Shown here: piece after piece, positions 12,757 to 23,732 of the stretch
Layout of the letters: each line of letters opens with the position of its first letter
Numbering within the stretch: position 1 is the stretch's first letter
Assembly (NCBI GenBank): GCA_031835245.2
Contig: JAVKOQ020000038.1
Location: forward strand, 124,001 to 188,000
From: Balamuthia mandrillaris
Lineage: Eukaryota
Direction: 5' to 3'
DNA: 64,000 bases
The notes under the pieces: generated by a model
Databases searched by the model: none
Told to the model about the DNA's origin: nothing
What the model saw: the letters and a program-made list of their open reading frames with translations, nothing else
Translations under genes and position numbers: made by a program

Positions 12757-13938
12757 TTATTCCACAGGACATCCGTTCTCTATGGCCCATTGCAACAGCT
12801 CCAAGTTATCATTTTCTGCTGCTTCAATGCAGGTGTCTTTATCCCAAGGGCAGCCGTTCTCTCTGGCCCACTTCAGCACCTCCAAATTACCTCCTATCGC
12901 TGCTCCAACACACGTTTCGGCATCCCAAGGGCATCCGTTCTCTCTGGCCCATTGTAGTACCTCCAAATGGCCTCTCGCTGCCGCAAAGGCGCATGTTTTT
13001 GCATCCCAAGGGCATCCGTTCTCTCTGGCCCACTTCAGCACCTCCAAATGACCTCCGCTTGCTGCTTCAATACACGTTCTTGCTCCCCAAGGGCAGCCGT
13101 TCCCTCTGGCCCACTTCAGCACATCCAAATGCCCTCCTATTGCTGCTCCAACACACGTTCCGCCATCCCAAGGGCACCCGTTCTCTCTGGCCCACTTCAG
13201 CACATCCAATTGACCTCCTATTGCTGCATCTCCACACGTTCCGACATCCCAAGGGCAGCCGTTCTCTCTAGCCCATTTTAGTACTTCCAAACGTCCACGC
13301 ATGGAAGCCATGGCACAGGTGTCCTCATTCCAAGGGCATCCGTTCTCTCTGGCCCATTGTAGTACCTTCAAATGGCCTCCCGCTGCCGCCAAGGCGCATA
13401 TGTTTGCTCCCCAAGGGCTGCCGTTCTCTCTGGCCCATTTTAGTACCTCCAAATGGCCTCCCGCTGCCGCCAAGGCGCATATGTTTGCTCCCCAAGGGCT
13501 GCCGTTCGCCCAATGCCCTCCTCTTGCTGCTCCAACACACGTTCCGCCATCCCAAGGGCAGCCGTTCTCTATGGCCCATTTTAGTACTTCCAAACGTCCA
13601 CTCATGGAAGCCATGGCACAGGTGTCCTCATTCCAAGGGCAGCCTTGCTCTCTGGCCCATTTTAGAACTTCCAAGTGGCCTCCTTTGGCTGCGTTGGTGC
13701 AGACTTGCTCACCCCAAGGGCAGCCTTGCTCTCGCACCCATTTCAACACCTCTAAAGACCCGTTGCTTGCTGCCGCTTCATAAACGGCATCGGCGGCCTC
13801 GGGCAAAGAGAGCCCGTTGCACAAGGACCAGCGAAGCAACGGCACGGTGCGGCTGGCGGTTTGAACGGAAAGGCGGTGGCGGAGGGGAGGAGGACAGCAG
13901 GCGAACCATCGCTTGCACGTCCGCGCAGCCACCGCCAC
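12757..13938 (-). CDS. Ankyrin-like repeat protein of the GHLEVLKWARENGCPW type (start uncertain)
   Basis: About 13 tandem 25-aa (75-bp) repeats; F-box-like TCKRW near the N-terminus; one repeat internally shortened. Confidence 0.85.
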   Translation of the reverse strand: MAVAARTCKRWFACCPPPLRHRLSVQTASRTVPLLRWSLCNGLSLPEAADAVYEAAASNGSLEVLKWVREQGCPWGEQVCTNAAKGGHLEVLKWAREQGCPWNEDTCAMASMSGRLEVLKWAIENGCPWDGGTCVGAARGGHWANGSPWGANICALAAAGGHLEVLKWARENGSPWGANICALAAAGGHLKVLQWARENGCPWNEDTCAMASMRGRLEVLKWARENGCPWDVGTCGDAAIGGQLDVLKWARENGCPWDGGTCVGAAIGGHLDVLKWARGNGCPWGARTCIEAASGGHLEVLKWARENGCPWDAKTCAFAAARGHLEVLQWARENGCPWDAETCVGAAIGGNLEVLKWARENGCPWDKDTCIEAAENDNLELLQWAIENGCPVE

Positions 13939-14607
13939 TACGTCCTCAGGTCCATCCGCGCGTGTAGAGCCACGACGTCACGACAATAGGGTGTCGTTAA
14001 GCCAACAAGAAAGAGAAGAGATGCGTTGTTCTGTCCATCCGCGGAGCGCGAAGCCAAAGGAGAGGATGCACAAAGCGACCATGATCCACGGAGAAGAAAA
14101 TAACACCGGCCAGCATCGCAGCAGCAACAGCGCCTCGCCGGTTCACCTTCAAGGCGTTTCCCTGCTGGACAGGAGAGAGCTTCTCTCGAGTGGCACCAGT
14201 GTGTGAGCAACACGCTCCACTGGGACCGCATGCACAGGGAGCTGGCCTACCAGGTGGACGGGCGAAGGAGGAAGATCCTCTCCCGCTTCTCCTACCTCCG
14301 CTTGGCCGGCTGCCAGCAGATGCAGGACCTGATGAAGCTCATCATCACCGCTCCTCCCGAGGACTCTCTCCTCTCCATCTTCCAACGGGTTGCTTTCGGG
14401 TTTGAACATGTTGTGAAGGAGGAGAAGGAGAAGGAGAAGGAGAAGGAGAAGGAGAAGGAGAAGGAGAAGGAGAAAGAGAAGGAGAAGAGAAAGAAGCAGA
14501 AGCAGAAGAACAACAACAAGAAATACAACAATTATTTTTCATAGAAAGTTATCACAACAGGGCGAAGCAGACCTTTTTTTTCCAGTCTCGCGCATTCTGC
14601 GGTTTGT

Positions 14608-15831
14608 TTAACCAAAGATCTTGGACCACCATGAAGTACCTTCCTTTTGGGCAGGTTGCTGCTCGGGGAACTTAACGCCAAGCTCTTCCAGCTTCTGGAA
14701 GGCAGCCGCAAAGTCCTTGAAGAACAGCTCCTCGTCCTCAGCGTACATCTGGACGTACTTCTTGAACTCCGGGTCCTTGATGAGGGCCAAGTCGGCCGGG
14801 AGCATCATGAGCTCACCGGTGGGGTCTTCGTACTGCTCGGGTCCGTTCCACTTCTTCTTGGTCCACTTGTTGTCCAACAGCTCCCTAAAGTACTCGTTGG
14901 AGAACATGGTGGGGGCCTTGGTCCAGGGTCCCTTGTAGCCGCTGCGGTCGGTGTGGCATCTACCCAAGGCGTGAGCTCCAATGAGGGCAACAATCTCCCT
15001 GTCGTTGAAGCCCATCCTGTAAAAGATGTCGCGGACGTGCTGCTGTCCTTGGCTGGCATCCGGCAGGCGTCCATCAGGGGTGCAGTTCTTGCCGTCTGAC
15101 TCGTCCGTGCGGCCGGGCCTCCAGTTGATCTTGGGGCCACCCATGTGCTCAATGGCTACCGCGCCAGCCAAAGTCCACAGGTCTGCGTAGGAGATCTCAG
15201 GGTGCCTCTGCTTGATGGCCTCCAGGCGTTGCCTGGCAATGTGAAGGCCAGCATTGGCGCCATGGGCAGACTCTGGGGGAAACCTCATCTTGGCGCCGTT
15301 GGAGCCGCCGGTGCCGTCGTGCCTGCTGTAGGTGCCGGACGCGTGCCAGGCCAACCTCACCAGCACAGGGCCATAGGAGCCGTCGTCGTAGTTGGGGTCG
15401 TCCAGGATGGCGATGATTTCCTTGCGGATGGCGGCCCAGTCGGCCGAGGCGGAGCGCTTGGCCGAGGAGGAGGCCTCAGCCGCGTTCACTTGGGTGGTGG
15501 TGGAGTAGCCGAGGCCAAGCAGGACGGCACCGCCGACGGCGCCGGCGACGGCAAAGTTGCGGCGGTTGAAGGTGTTGGTGGAGGCCCTGGCGCCGGCGGT
15601 GGCAAAGGCCCTTCGGCTGGAGGAGGAAACGGTTGTGCTTCCCAGGTAGCCATTGCCTACATAGACATTGTAGAGGGTCGTCGTGAAAGAACCAAGTGAG
15701 TCATACGTTCATGTGCAACGAAAAAAAATAGAGTTACCGTAACGAGAAGCAAGAGAAGTGCGGCTAAACGAAGGAGCCGCAACGCGAGAAACGGCACAGC
15801 TGCGACGTGTGGTGGTAGAGCGAAGAGACAT
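14608..15831 (-). CDS. CCP1: Mitochondrial cytochrome c peroxidase (class I heme peroxidase), 2 exons
   Basis: [48 protein letters not shown]. Exon 1 ([11 protein letters not shown]..., 15831-15738) joins in phase across a GT-AG intron and gives an Arg/Ser-rich targeting peptide. Confidence 0.93.
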
Positions 15832-16141
15832 GGCTGTCGGTTATTCTGGTTTTGGTGTCTTCTTTTTTGAACGACAAAAAAAAGCTGTTTGTTTCCTCTC
15901 TGGCTTTGCGGGTATTTTTTAGGTGGAAGTATATGAAAGTATGTGTTTGGCCGATCATTTTTCGGGAATTTATCACCAATCAACAATCAAAGGGGGAATT
16001 CCACAATCCTCCGAGAACCTAATAAAGGTACACTTTCCAAAAAAAACACATCCGATTAATTTAAAATGATCGCTGGTTACTTCTCCGAAAAGGCGTCACC
16101 GCTCCATCACAAAACAGAAAGCAGAGCAGAAGCATACAAGC

Positions 16142-17115
16142 ATGGAACTGGACCAAGAGACCTTTGCTGCGTTGGTGGAAGAAGCAGAGGAGCGGCTGAT
16201 CTTCTTCCAAAGCCAGCTCTCACTAGTTTGGTACGAGGAGGTAGGGAAGAATAGCAACGAGACAGCCGTGGGACAGTACACACCACGGAGGAGGGCATGG
16301 TGCAAGCTTACTGATGGTCTCTTGTTGCTTTTTGACTCTGTCAAGGCAAGTCTTGTTCGTTTCAGTGTGTTCATCTGGTTTGCGTGAACCATCGCCATAA
16401 TAGCTCACCTTCCCATTGACGCAAAAAGGCACCGAGGAGAGATCTTCCTCTTTGAGTGCCACAACGAAGGCACCAAGGTAGACTGGCAGAAGGAATTGAC
16501 GAGTGTAATAGCAGCCTTCATAATGCCTGTCCTTAGGACAAAACGTATATTTTCATTCTTCGTTCTTCCTGTTCTTCTTGTTCTTCTTGTTCTTCTTGTT
16601 CTTCTTCTTCTTGTTCTTCTTGTTCTTCTTCTTCTTCTTCTTCTTCTTCTTCTTCTTCTTCTTCTCTTCGTTATTCTGTTTTTCTTCTTCATGTTCTTCT
16701 TCTCCTCCTATCTCTTTCTCCTCTCCGTGTTCTTCTAAATAGTCCAGTTTGATTTGCAGGAATAGAGGAATGGGGACCGGAAGATGTTGCTCTCTGGTTG
16801 GAAACTGTAACTGTTATTTTTTTACCTCTTATGATTCCATTGCCTTGCTCCAACTCCGTTAACTATGCCTTGATGTCACAGGTGGAGCTAGGCCAGTATA
16901 GCCCACATTTTTGCGAGCAGTCTGTCTCAGGCGAGATATTACCAGAGATTCAGCGAGATGACCTCAAAGAACTGGGAATGAAGAAACTAGGCCACCGTCT
17001 ACGATTTTTAAGAGCATTGGAAAAACTGTTGGCACAGCACGAAACTCTATCAGATCTGACGGAAGAAACAGATCTGTCTAGCATAGACTCGTCTCTCTCC
17101 AGTATGTTAATTAAC

Positions 17116-17152
<37 letters not shown>

Positions 17153-17508
17153 CTTCTTTTTTCTTTCTTATTCTTCTTATTCCATTTCCCTATCGAATAT
17201 AATCAGTTGGATGCCTGGAACCAGAACTGTTGATAGACTGTAAACTTCCAGAAAGATACTCGCGTCTCATCCGAGTGCCACGGAATGCGTCGCTGCAAGA
17301 GCTCATTCATAGAGTGGAGCTCAAGTTGGGCGATCTCTTCTATCCCGTCATTCTCAAGTATAAGGACTCGGAGGGAGACCTCGTTTCGTTGCTTTCAGAA
17401 GCAGATTATTTTGCAGCTCGTACTTTGTCTTCAGAACCGGGCGCACTTCGTCTTTACGCGTTTCCCTCTTCAACCCAACAACAGAATAATTCTTCAACAA
17501 AATCATCT
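16142..17508 (+). CDS. PH-SAM-PB1 domain signalling protein, 5' part, cut by the viral insertion
   Basis: PH (RRAWCKLTDGLLLLF...DWQKEL), SAM (WGPEDVALWLE...DDLKELGMKKLGHRLRFLRAL), PB1 (ILKYKDSEGDLVSLLSEAD); the frame runs into the element terminus. Confidence 0.75.
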
Positions 17509-17509
17509 C

Positions 17510-17541
17510 AATTTAGCAGGCAGAGTGCCGGTAGTGGACGG
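17510..17541 (+). repeat. Left terminal copy of 32-bp inverted repeat
   Basis: AATTTAGCAGGCAGAGTGCCGGTAGTGGACGG is the exact reverse complement of 37934-37965. Confidence 0.95.
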
Positions 17542-17791
17542 TCTTAGCTGCAGGCCACCCTCGCGCTCAACCTGTGCCTCCGCCCCGCGGGGCAACAGGC
17601 AAACCAACGGCAGCAGGTCCTCGCCGCCACCGCCGAAGTGGACGGTCTTAGAAACAAGTAGGTCAGAGGAAAAAGAATTTAATAAATAGAAAAAAGAAAA
17701 AGAGAAAACACTTCGGTTGTGGAGAGCGAAGAATGGTGTGATGACAGTTGCTACAAAGTGAAGTGGCTATTTTTAAGCTACTACTGGTAGC

Positions 17792-18280
17792 TTATTGATA
17801 AGCGTTTTCCACGTCCTTTTCATTAGGAAGTGGTTTGTTGTCTTCTTCTGGCTTGGGAAAACTTCTATGGTCCTTCAAGAGTATGTATCTTTGCTTCAGT
17901 CCTTCGAGATCACTTCTTGTGTGTTCAAGGTCCATCTTCAAGGAGCTTGACTCCTCTCGTAATCGATAAACAAGCCCTACAAGCACTCCAACTGCACCTA
18001 TTAATGTAGCCGTGCCTTGGAAGTATCTTGCTCTCGCACCGATTTTAGCGCTGCGCAATAAGGCTTCACGGTTCAGCTCCGCAACCTTTAGTGAAGTGGT
18101 TGTGTGAACCTCTGCTATCTTTGTGTTGTAAGCCCCTGCTATGTGAGCCGCCTTTTCATGAGCTGTTTGCCCACTTGCTAGAGCACAGGTTTCCTCTGCC
18201 ATTTGACCGTCGTCCTCACAAAAAAGCCACGTGATAATTTTTGGCGACATGGGAAACCTCCATTTTTTAGGACTCCTCAT
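17792..18280 (-). CDS. Hypothetical protein with one TM segment and a coiled coil (element-borne; start may be internal)
   Basis: 162-aa intron-less ORF; LIGAVGVLVGLVY hydrophobic stretch followed by heptads. Confidence 0.5.
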   Translation of the reverse strand: MRSPKKWRFPMSPKIITWLFCEDDGQMAEETCALASGQTAHEKAAHIAGAYNTKIAEVHTTTSLKVAELNREALLRSAKIGARARYFQGTATLIGAVGVLVGLVYRLREESSSLKMDLEHTRSDLEGLKQRYILLKDHRSFPKPEEDNKPLPNEKDVENAYQ

Positions 18281-18408
18281 AGTTATATATAACTATGGTA
18301 AATTGGTTTCCTGACAAGAATAGACATTTATTCCTGGCAAACGTTGACAGGAGAATTTCCTCTCTCTTTTTTTTTCGCAGTCCAAACCAACAACACACAA
18401 CACACAAT

Positions 18409-19413
18409 ATGGAAGGACGACAGGTCGGCCGAAAGAAGGCAAACGCCGCTGAGATCTTCAAGATGCTCCGCAAGTTAAACGACGCAGAATTTAGCGTGCT
18501 TTGCGAACTCCTCGGCACCGACGGTATTGACAATATACTGAACCTATTGACGCCCGAGCTCATCGAACAAGCCTGTGAGAAAGACAAAGCGAAGGATTCT
18601 TTGAAACGCCCTCACGCCGCTATGTCCGACGATGACCATGACTTCATGCGTTGGTACAACGAGCAGTACAAGTATGCCGAGCGAATAATGGCAGCCGGTG
18701 ATATCACGTATTTGGACGTTGTACCGCCGGCCCTCGAGGATGATCCGGGTAGCGACGAGGCGATTATGGCGGATCTCAGGAAGTTAGCTATGGTGAGGAA
18801 TGATTCGCAGACTCTGGCCAACATCTATGCCTCGAAAGTTGGGTATTACGTGGCGCTAGTGGCCGGGCTTAGGACGACTGATCCAGCCCGCGCTAGAAGA
18901 CTAGCCATCTTCCTCAGCGGTGGCCCTACGCCGATAGTTTCACAGTCGATGGTCCGCCGATATGTCAGCTACTACAATGATCTTAGGCGCTACCCCGCGA
19001 TCATCTATATGCCGTGCAGTTGGTGTACTTACACGACAAAGTATGCCAGCAAGTTCCGAGACTATGTTAGCAGAGACCCGGAGCATGCAAGCTTTTGGAA
19101 GCGCATTGGCAAAGAAAAGAAGAGGATCCGCTTAGCCAACGTTAGCCTGCAACCGACTGTAGCGATGGTACACCAAGAGATGAACCACGAGCAATGGAAG
19201 GAGTTTGATAAGAACCTGAAGAGCGGCGCTCACCCGACGTTAATCTCCTGCAACAAGATGAAGAGGACCGCACGCGCCGTCAGCGATACGCACCTGAATA
19301 AACTGATAGAGGAAGTCTTCTCGGCTAATATTTGTTATCAATTTGTTGTAAAGATGCGCCTTCCAATACATTCGGTGCCCTATATGGAATTCTTGTTCCG
19401 GCGGCATTGTTAA
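18409..19413 (+). CDS. Hypothetical protein (element-borne)
   Basis: Long intron-less ORF with ATG at 18409 after a CA-rich leader; 3' end overlaps the helicase gene antisense. Confidence 0.6.
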   Translation: MEGRQVGRKKANAAEIFKMLRKLNDAEFSVLCELLGTDGIDNILNLLTPELIEQACEKDKAKDSLKRPHAAMSDDDHDFMRWYNEQYKYAERIMAAGDITYLDVVPPALEDDPGSDEAIMADLRKLAMVRNDSQTLANIYASKVGYYVALVAGLRTTDPARARRLAIFLSGGPTPIVSQSMVRRYVSYYNDLRRYPAIIYMPCSWCTYTTKYASKFRDYVSRDPEHASFWKRIGKEKKRIRLANVSLQPTVAMVHQEMNHEQWKEFDKNLKSGAHPTLISCNKMKRTARAVSDTHLNKLIEEVFSANICYQFVVKMRLPIHSVPYMEFLFRRHC

Positions 19414-21807
19414 CAATGTTGTGAAGAACTGACTGTTGTCCGTCGGCTCAACAAACCTATTAATGCGGCCGTGTGTCCTCGCAACACTGTCGTATGTTGT
19501 TGGCCGCCGGCAAGCACCCATATACTTGATGAAGATGTGTTGTCCGCCGGGTATGTCCCTTACACGGGCCAACATCTGATCGCACATCAGGAAGTCATCT
19601 TTGTCAGTGAGAAAGTAAGCAAACAACCGCCGGAATCTTGGCAACTCATAGCTAACCCCGCAGCTTACAGTGGAAGTATAGATGAGGATATCAACATCAC
19701 TCCAGAACTCAGCAACATTCTGCAGTTCCCGGCGCTTCTCCGAATCTGTATCCGAATTGTAGAGAGCGATGCGGGCGGCTGGATTCAGTTGCCGGAACTC
19801 TGCCGCAATAGCATTCGTCTGTGTGCGGCTAGTCATCACAACAACGATCGGAGAGTTATGCGCATTGAGAACTGCGGCTGTCAACTGTTCGCGCCAATGC
19901 TGTTCATTAGTGTACAAGTAGTCATTCTTCCGTTGTTCACGCCACGTATTGAGGTGCAAGCAGATGTTCTGTGCTCCTTCAGCCGGAGGAGGCCGGGCTT
20001 CAGCTAACAGGTGAAAAGTGCGGATAGTTGCATTGGCATCCAGCGCCAGTACTTGCTCTGCTGCGGTCAACAAATACCGGAAGTTTGACCAACAAGCGCC
20101 TAATGTGTATCGTCGCACTGTCTCTGGATTGTCGATCTGAGCAAACACAGCTTCAGATTCGTCCATTATCAAGATATACGGTTGGCCTGCATCAATCCGC
20201 AGCCTGTGTAAAGACTCAAACTGGATAATAACTCTTGGCGCTGTAATCTTCTTATCTACGCTGCGATAGTCAACGAATTCCGGCAGTTTAGCGGCAAGTG
20301 CTGATGTGAATGATTGCCTAAAGGAAACAATTACAACGTTAGTGCTTGCGGGCTGTTCGGCAATATAGCGCAACAATTGCTTCGTTTTGCCAGTGCCCTT
20401 AGGAGAGCGAATAATCAAAGTATCATATTTACCTTGCTCGAAATCATACGGCTGCACTTCCGGCGATTCATATTCAACCCTAGCAAACTGCGGCGGGATT
20501 TCGTATATGTTTTGGATGCCGGGTTTGGCTCCTTGGCGCCCATTGATAGCTCTATTAACAAACTCTTGCAGACTGAAGTCGCCGGCAGTGCGATTAGTTG
20601 AGTTCTCAATCAACCAACGCAATGTCATCTTTGCCAATGTGTTCAGCGCCGCATCAGCTTCCAACTCATCCAACTCATCTTCTTCAATATCCTCGAGCCC
20701 GGCGGCTTTGTCAAGACTGATTCTCTCCCATATCTGATTATTTCTCACAGGATCATAGTCCGGAGAGTCAACACTCCAGCGGTGCAGTAAGAAGACAGGA
20801 GAGAAGTCCGGTAGTAAACAAGTGGCCGCCTTAATCTTATACACAAGCCGGCGCCAATTCTTCCCATGCTTGTGATAGTCCGGCAAGAAAGCAATCAATG
20901 TATCGATGAAGTCCGGCGTAATGTTGTATGTTTTGCCGTCGAATGTTAGCTCTTTAGTCTCTGTGTTGTATGTTGTGTCATCACAACGGTTGAGATATTC
21001 TTCATGTTGTTTTCGCTTCACATGGAAGCCCCGCCGGATCTTCTCATTAACTTTATCTAGCTCCGATTGTCTAAGCCGCCCAGTAATCGGCGCATAAATC
21101 GAGTATCTAGCCAAATGTTGTTGGATTTCACCGGCAGTAGTTGCCCGCGGCTCATTCCAAGGAACGTACATATCTGGCCGGCCATCTATCAACCGCACTT
21201 CGCCGTTGACTACTTTCGCGGAGTAAGCAGAGCGCAAGCCCGCCGCATTAATATCAAAAGCATCATTCCATACTTTCTGGTCAACATCTGGGTCCAAACA
21301 CATCTCATATAGCGTATCCCTTATGTATTCCAGTACATACTTTCGGTATTGTTTGGCCGGCACACGGACAACCCTGCGTTCTCCAGTATTGTCAATGAAG
21401 TAGAATGTATGCTCGTGGATTCCGGTATTCAAAATGATGTGGAGCTTGCCGCTGATGTCGTTTTGCAACACCAGCACGTTATCCGGCCGAGAACGGTCTT
21501 CAAACATCCATTCAAGCATGTCTTGAAGCATTGAGATGTGGTCCTCACCGGTAAGCCGCATGTCGATATCAATATACAAGCGCGTGGACAAGCGGGTACG
21601 ATAAGGGAATTCATTCAACATAAACAGTCCGGGGTACTTCTCAAACAGTTCTTGAATGCCATAGGAGCGGGCGAATTGGTCAAAGTAATCATAATCAAAC
21701 CTGTCGAAGATACCGGTTGGATAAAATGCCATGTGAGAGTAGTTGTTCTTGCTGGCAGACATACGATCGTTGCGCAAAAGATAGGGAGTGCGAATTAATT
21801 TTGACAT
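19240..21807 (-). CDS. AEP primase fused to UL9/origin-binding-protein-like SF2 helicase
   Basis: AEP-like motifs RLYIDID, GKLHII, FD..AGLRSAYSAK; helicase motifs IRSPKGTGKT, VSFRQSF, IQFESLHRL, LIMDESE, ALDAN, LIYTSTVSCGVSY, QMLARVR. Confidence 0.85.
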   Translation of the reverse strand: MSKLIRTPYLLRNDRMSASKNNYSHMAFYPTGIFDRFDYDYFDQFARSYGIQELFEKYPGLFMLNEFPYRTRLSTRLYIDIDMRLTGEDHISMLQDMLEWMFEDRSRPDNVLVLQNDISGKLHIILNTGIHEHTFYFIDNTGERRVVRVPAKQYRKYVLEYIRDTLYEMCLDPDVDQKVWNDAFDINAAGLRSAYSAKVVNGEVRLIDGRPDMYVPWNEPRATTAGEIQQHLARYSIYAPITGRLRQSELDKVNEKIRRGFHVKRKQHEEYLNRCDDTTYNTETKELTFDGKTYNITPDFIDTLIAFLPDYHKHGKNWRRLVYKIKAATCLLPDFSPVFLLHRWSVDSPDYDPVRNNQIWERISLDKAAGLEDIEEDELDELEADAALNTLAKMTLRWLIENSTNRTAGDFSLQEFVNRAINGRQGAKPGIQNIYEIPPQFARVEYESPEVQPYDFEQGKYDTLIIRSPKGTGKTKQLLRYIAEQPASTNVVIVSFRQSFTSALAAKLPEFVDYRSVDKKITAPRVIIQFESLHRLRIDAGQPYILIMDESEAVFAQIDNPETVRRYTLGACWSNFRYLLTAAEQVLALDANATIRTFHLLAEARPPPAEGAQNICLHLNTWREQRKNDYLYTNEQHWREQLTAAVLNAHNSPIVVVMTSRTQTNAIAAEFRQLNPAARIALYNSDTDSEKRRELQNVAEFWSDVDILIYTSTVSCGVSYELPRFRRLFAYFLTDKDDFLMCDQMLARVRDIPGGQHIFIKYMGACRRPTTYDSVARTHGRINRFVEPTDNSQFFTTLLTMPPEQEFHIGHRMYWKAHLYNKLITNISREDFLYQFIQVRIADGACGPLHLVAGD

Positions 21808-21915
21808 TTGAAATTTTATATCCTGTATAGAAAAACGGAGTGAGGAGCCGTATTTTTTTGGAGGTGGTATATACTGGTGGTAATAGAATTTTTAATCCGA
21901 AATATTAATTAAGAA

Positions 21916-22173
21916 ATGGCAACAACACAACCGAGCTACATCATTAAAGAATGCTGGACAACTGAAAAAAGAAAGTGACGCAATGGAGAAGAATTTGTGA
22001 TGCAACGCCGGCGCAAGTATAAGGTGTTGGCGCCTGAGAGTAAGCATAAGTTGAGCCCGGATGTCGTTGCAGAGGTGCGGCAAGCATTGGCGAATGGCGC
22101 CACAAAGCGGGAGATCGTTGAAGACTATGGCATTAGCTTCTATAAGCTACAGAAGTATATTGTTGCCAAATAA
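21916..22173 (+). pseudogene. Small HTH DNA-binding protein with premature TGA at 21976
   Basis: ...EKRK*RNG...LSPDVVAEVRQALANGATKREIVEDYGISFYKLQKY. Confidence 0.6.
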
Positions 22174-22220
22174 TGTTGGCTGGCAGATGACAACATAGTA
22201 AAAGCAACAATATTTTTTTG

Positions 22221-22381
22221 GCTGGAGAGTAGCCTTCATCCGGCAAAGCCCAGAAGAATGAGAGATAATAACTGTTTATGACTTCTACCGGCCTTCTTCA
22301 GTTAGATGTAGCCTTCATCAATCTATGGTTATATAATCTGTTCTGACGAAGGCTACATTTATTGAAAACCTATATCCACTC
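22221..22381 (+). repeat. Intergenic palindromic repeat, copy 1
   Basis: Arms ATGTAGCCTTCATCA (22306-22320) and TGACGAAGGCTACAT (22344-22358), 23-nt spacer containing TTATATAA, third GTAGCCTTC box at about 22229. Confidence 0.95.
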
Positions 22382-22563
22382 ATATGTTCTTGCGGGCTTT
22401 CAACAGTTTTGTCAACCATTTCGGTATCCTTGGCCGCCGATATTCCCGCTGTGTAGCCAACATATCCTCGTAAATCAGGTCGTGTTTTGAAAACCCACTC
22501 AGCAACCCACCGCCAAAGTATTGTCTATCACAATGCCGATTGTTTTCCATTTGCAGTATAATA

Positions 22564-22914
22564 ATGCGTGGACAATTATTTTCGTATTTAATGATTTATG
22601 CCAACTGTAATATACCTCAATTTCAACAAATGATTCCAGAACACGCCGCATTACTTAACCAATTCATCGAGACACACTTCGGCTCTCAGCAACTACAACC
22701 TAAGCCGGAGCCATCGCTGGTCAAATGACAAGCAGCGGCACAAGCCGGCATTGACTTGGATGCACTGCTGCCAGAAGTCATTGAAGAATGGGCGATTGTT
22801 CTCATGGAAGAACTAATGGACGAGCCAAAGTTGACTAAAGTGGAGCGCGGTGTGTTCCAACATATTGTCCGGAGCTACACGCCTTATCTGCTTATTCTGC
22901 CAGCGAACAATTGA
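22564..22914 (+). pseudogene. Hypothetical viral ORF with premature TGA at 22726
   Basis: Frame continues plausibly past AAA-TGA-CAA; AGTATA motif upstream. Confidence 0.5.
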
Positions 22915-22969
22915 ACAATGGCAATATTTTTTTGTTATAAAATTTTTGTCCACATTAATATAGCTGATA

Positions 22970-23173
22970 ATGGAATCCGACAAGCAAACAAGAATCAACG
23001 ACTGTTTGAAATCATCTGCGTTTTGCTTACAGCATCTGGCAAACAAGCAAGCACAGTTGCTGAAGTCTTTGCAGGAATTATACGATGTAGCAGAACAGTT
23101 GCAGTTAAATATAAAAGTGTTAACAGATAATTTTGAGGAAATGCAGAGTGAGTTCAAGCAATCACGAGAGTAA
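22970..23173 (+). CDS. Small coiled-coil protein
   Basis: 67-aa ATG ORF preceded by a leader duplicated in front of the next gene. Confidence 0.55.
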   Translation: MESDKQTRINDCLKSSAFCLQHLANKQAQLLKSLQELYDVAEQLQLNIKVLTDNFEEMQSEFKQSRE

Positions 23174-23217
23174 TTATTTTTTTGTTATAAAATTTATATC
23201 CACTAATATATTCAACA

Positions 23218-23541
23218 ATGGATCCAGTCATAGACGAACGTGTTGACTTGTTTGACTTGCCAGATGAAATCAAAGTGATGATTACAGACTATCTTTGGGC
23301 AGACTTCCGCCGGCATAAGTGATTGATGAAGCCAACACTAATGCAAGTGCAGATATGGGAAGAAGTAAGGAAAAGGCTTGAGATAGCAATGAAGAGAAAT
23401 GAGCGAAGCCAGCCAGTGCACTTTGAACATGAGGCAGACTATTATGAAGAATATCACCAGCGGGTAAAAAAGATAGATTACTGGTGGACAGAGCAACAGA
23501 AGTACTTGCGGGATCAGTATGGTGAAAATATTCCACCGTGA
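23218..23541 (+). pseudogene. F-box-like small protein with premature TGA at 23320
   Basis: MDPVIDERVDLFDLPDEIKVMITDYLWADFRRHK*LMKPTL. Confidence 0.55.
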
Positions 23542-23732
23542 TTTATGAAATGTACACTACAGCAAGGAATTATACAAGGATTTCTGCGGCTAGTGCAGAA
23601 AAATTAATTTTTGCTATCATTGCAGCACCCTTCACCGGCATGTTCTGAAAGCCAATCATCATAATATTATGACACTAGGTATGTAGATTTGGATGGCTGA
23701 TGATAGCAAAAAGTATTATTTTTTTGTGTGGT

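Noticed and set aside
14203..14544. Coding-like fragment ending in (EK)n
   Set aside because: No start or family identifiable; probably a gene remnant.
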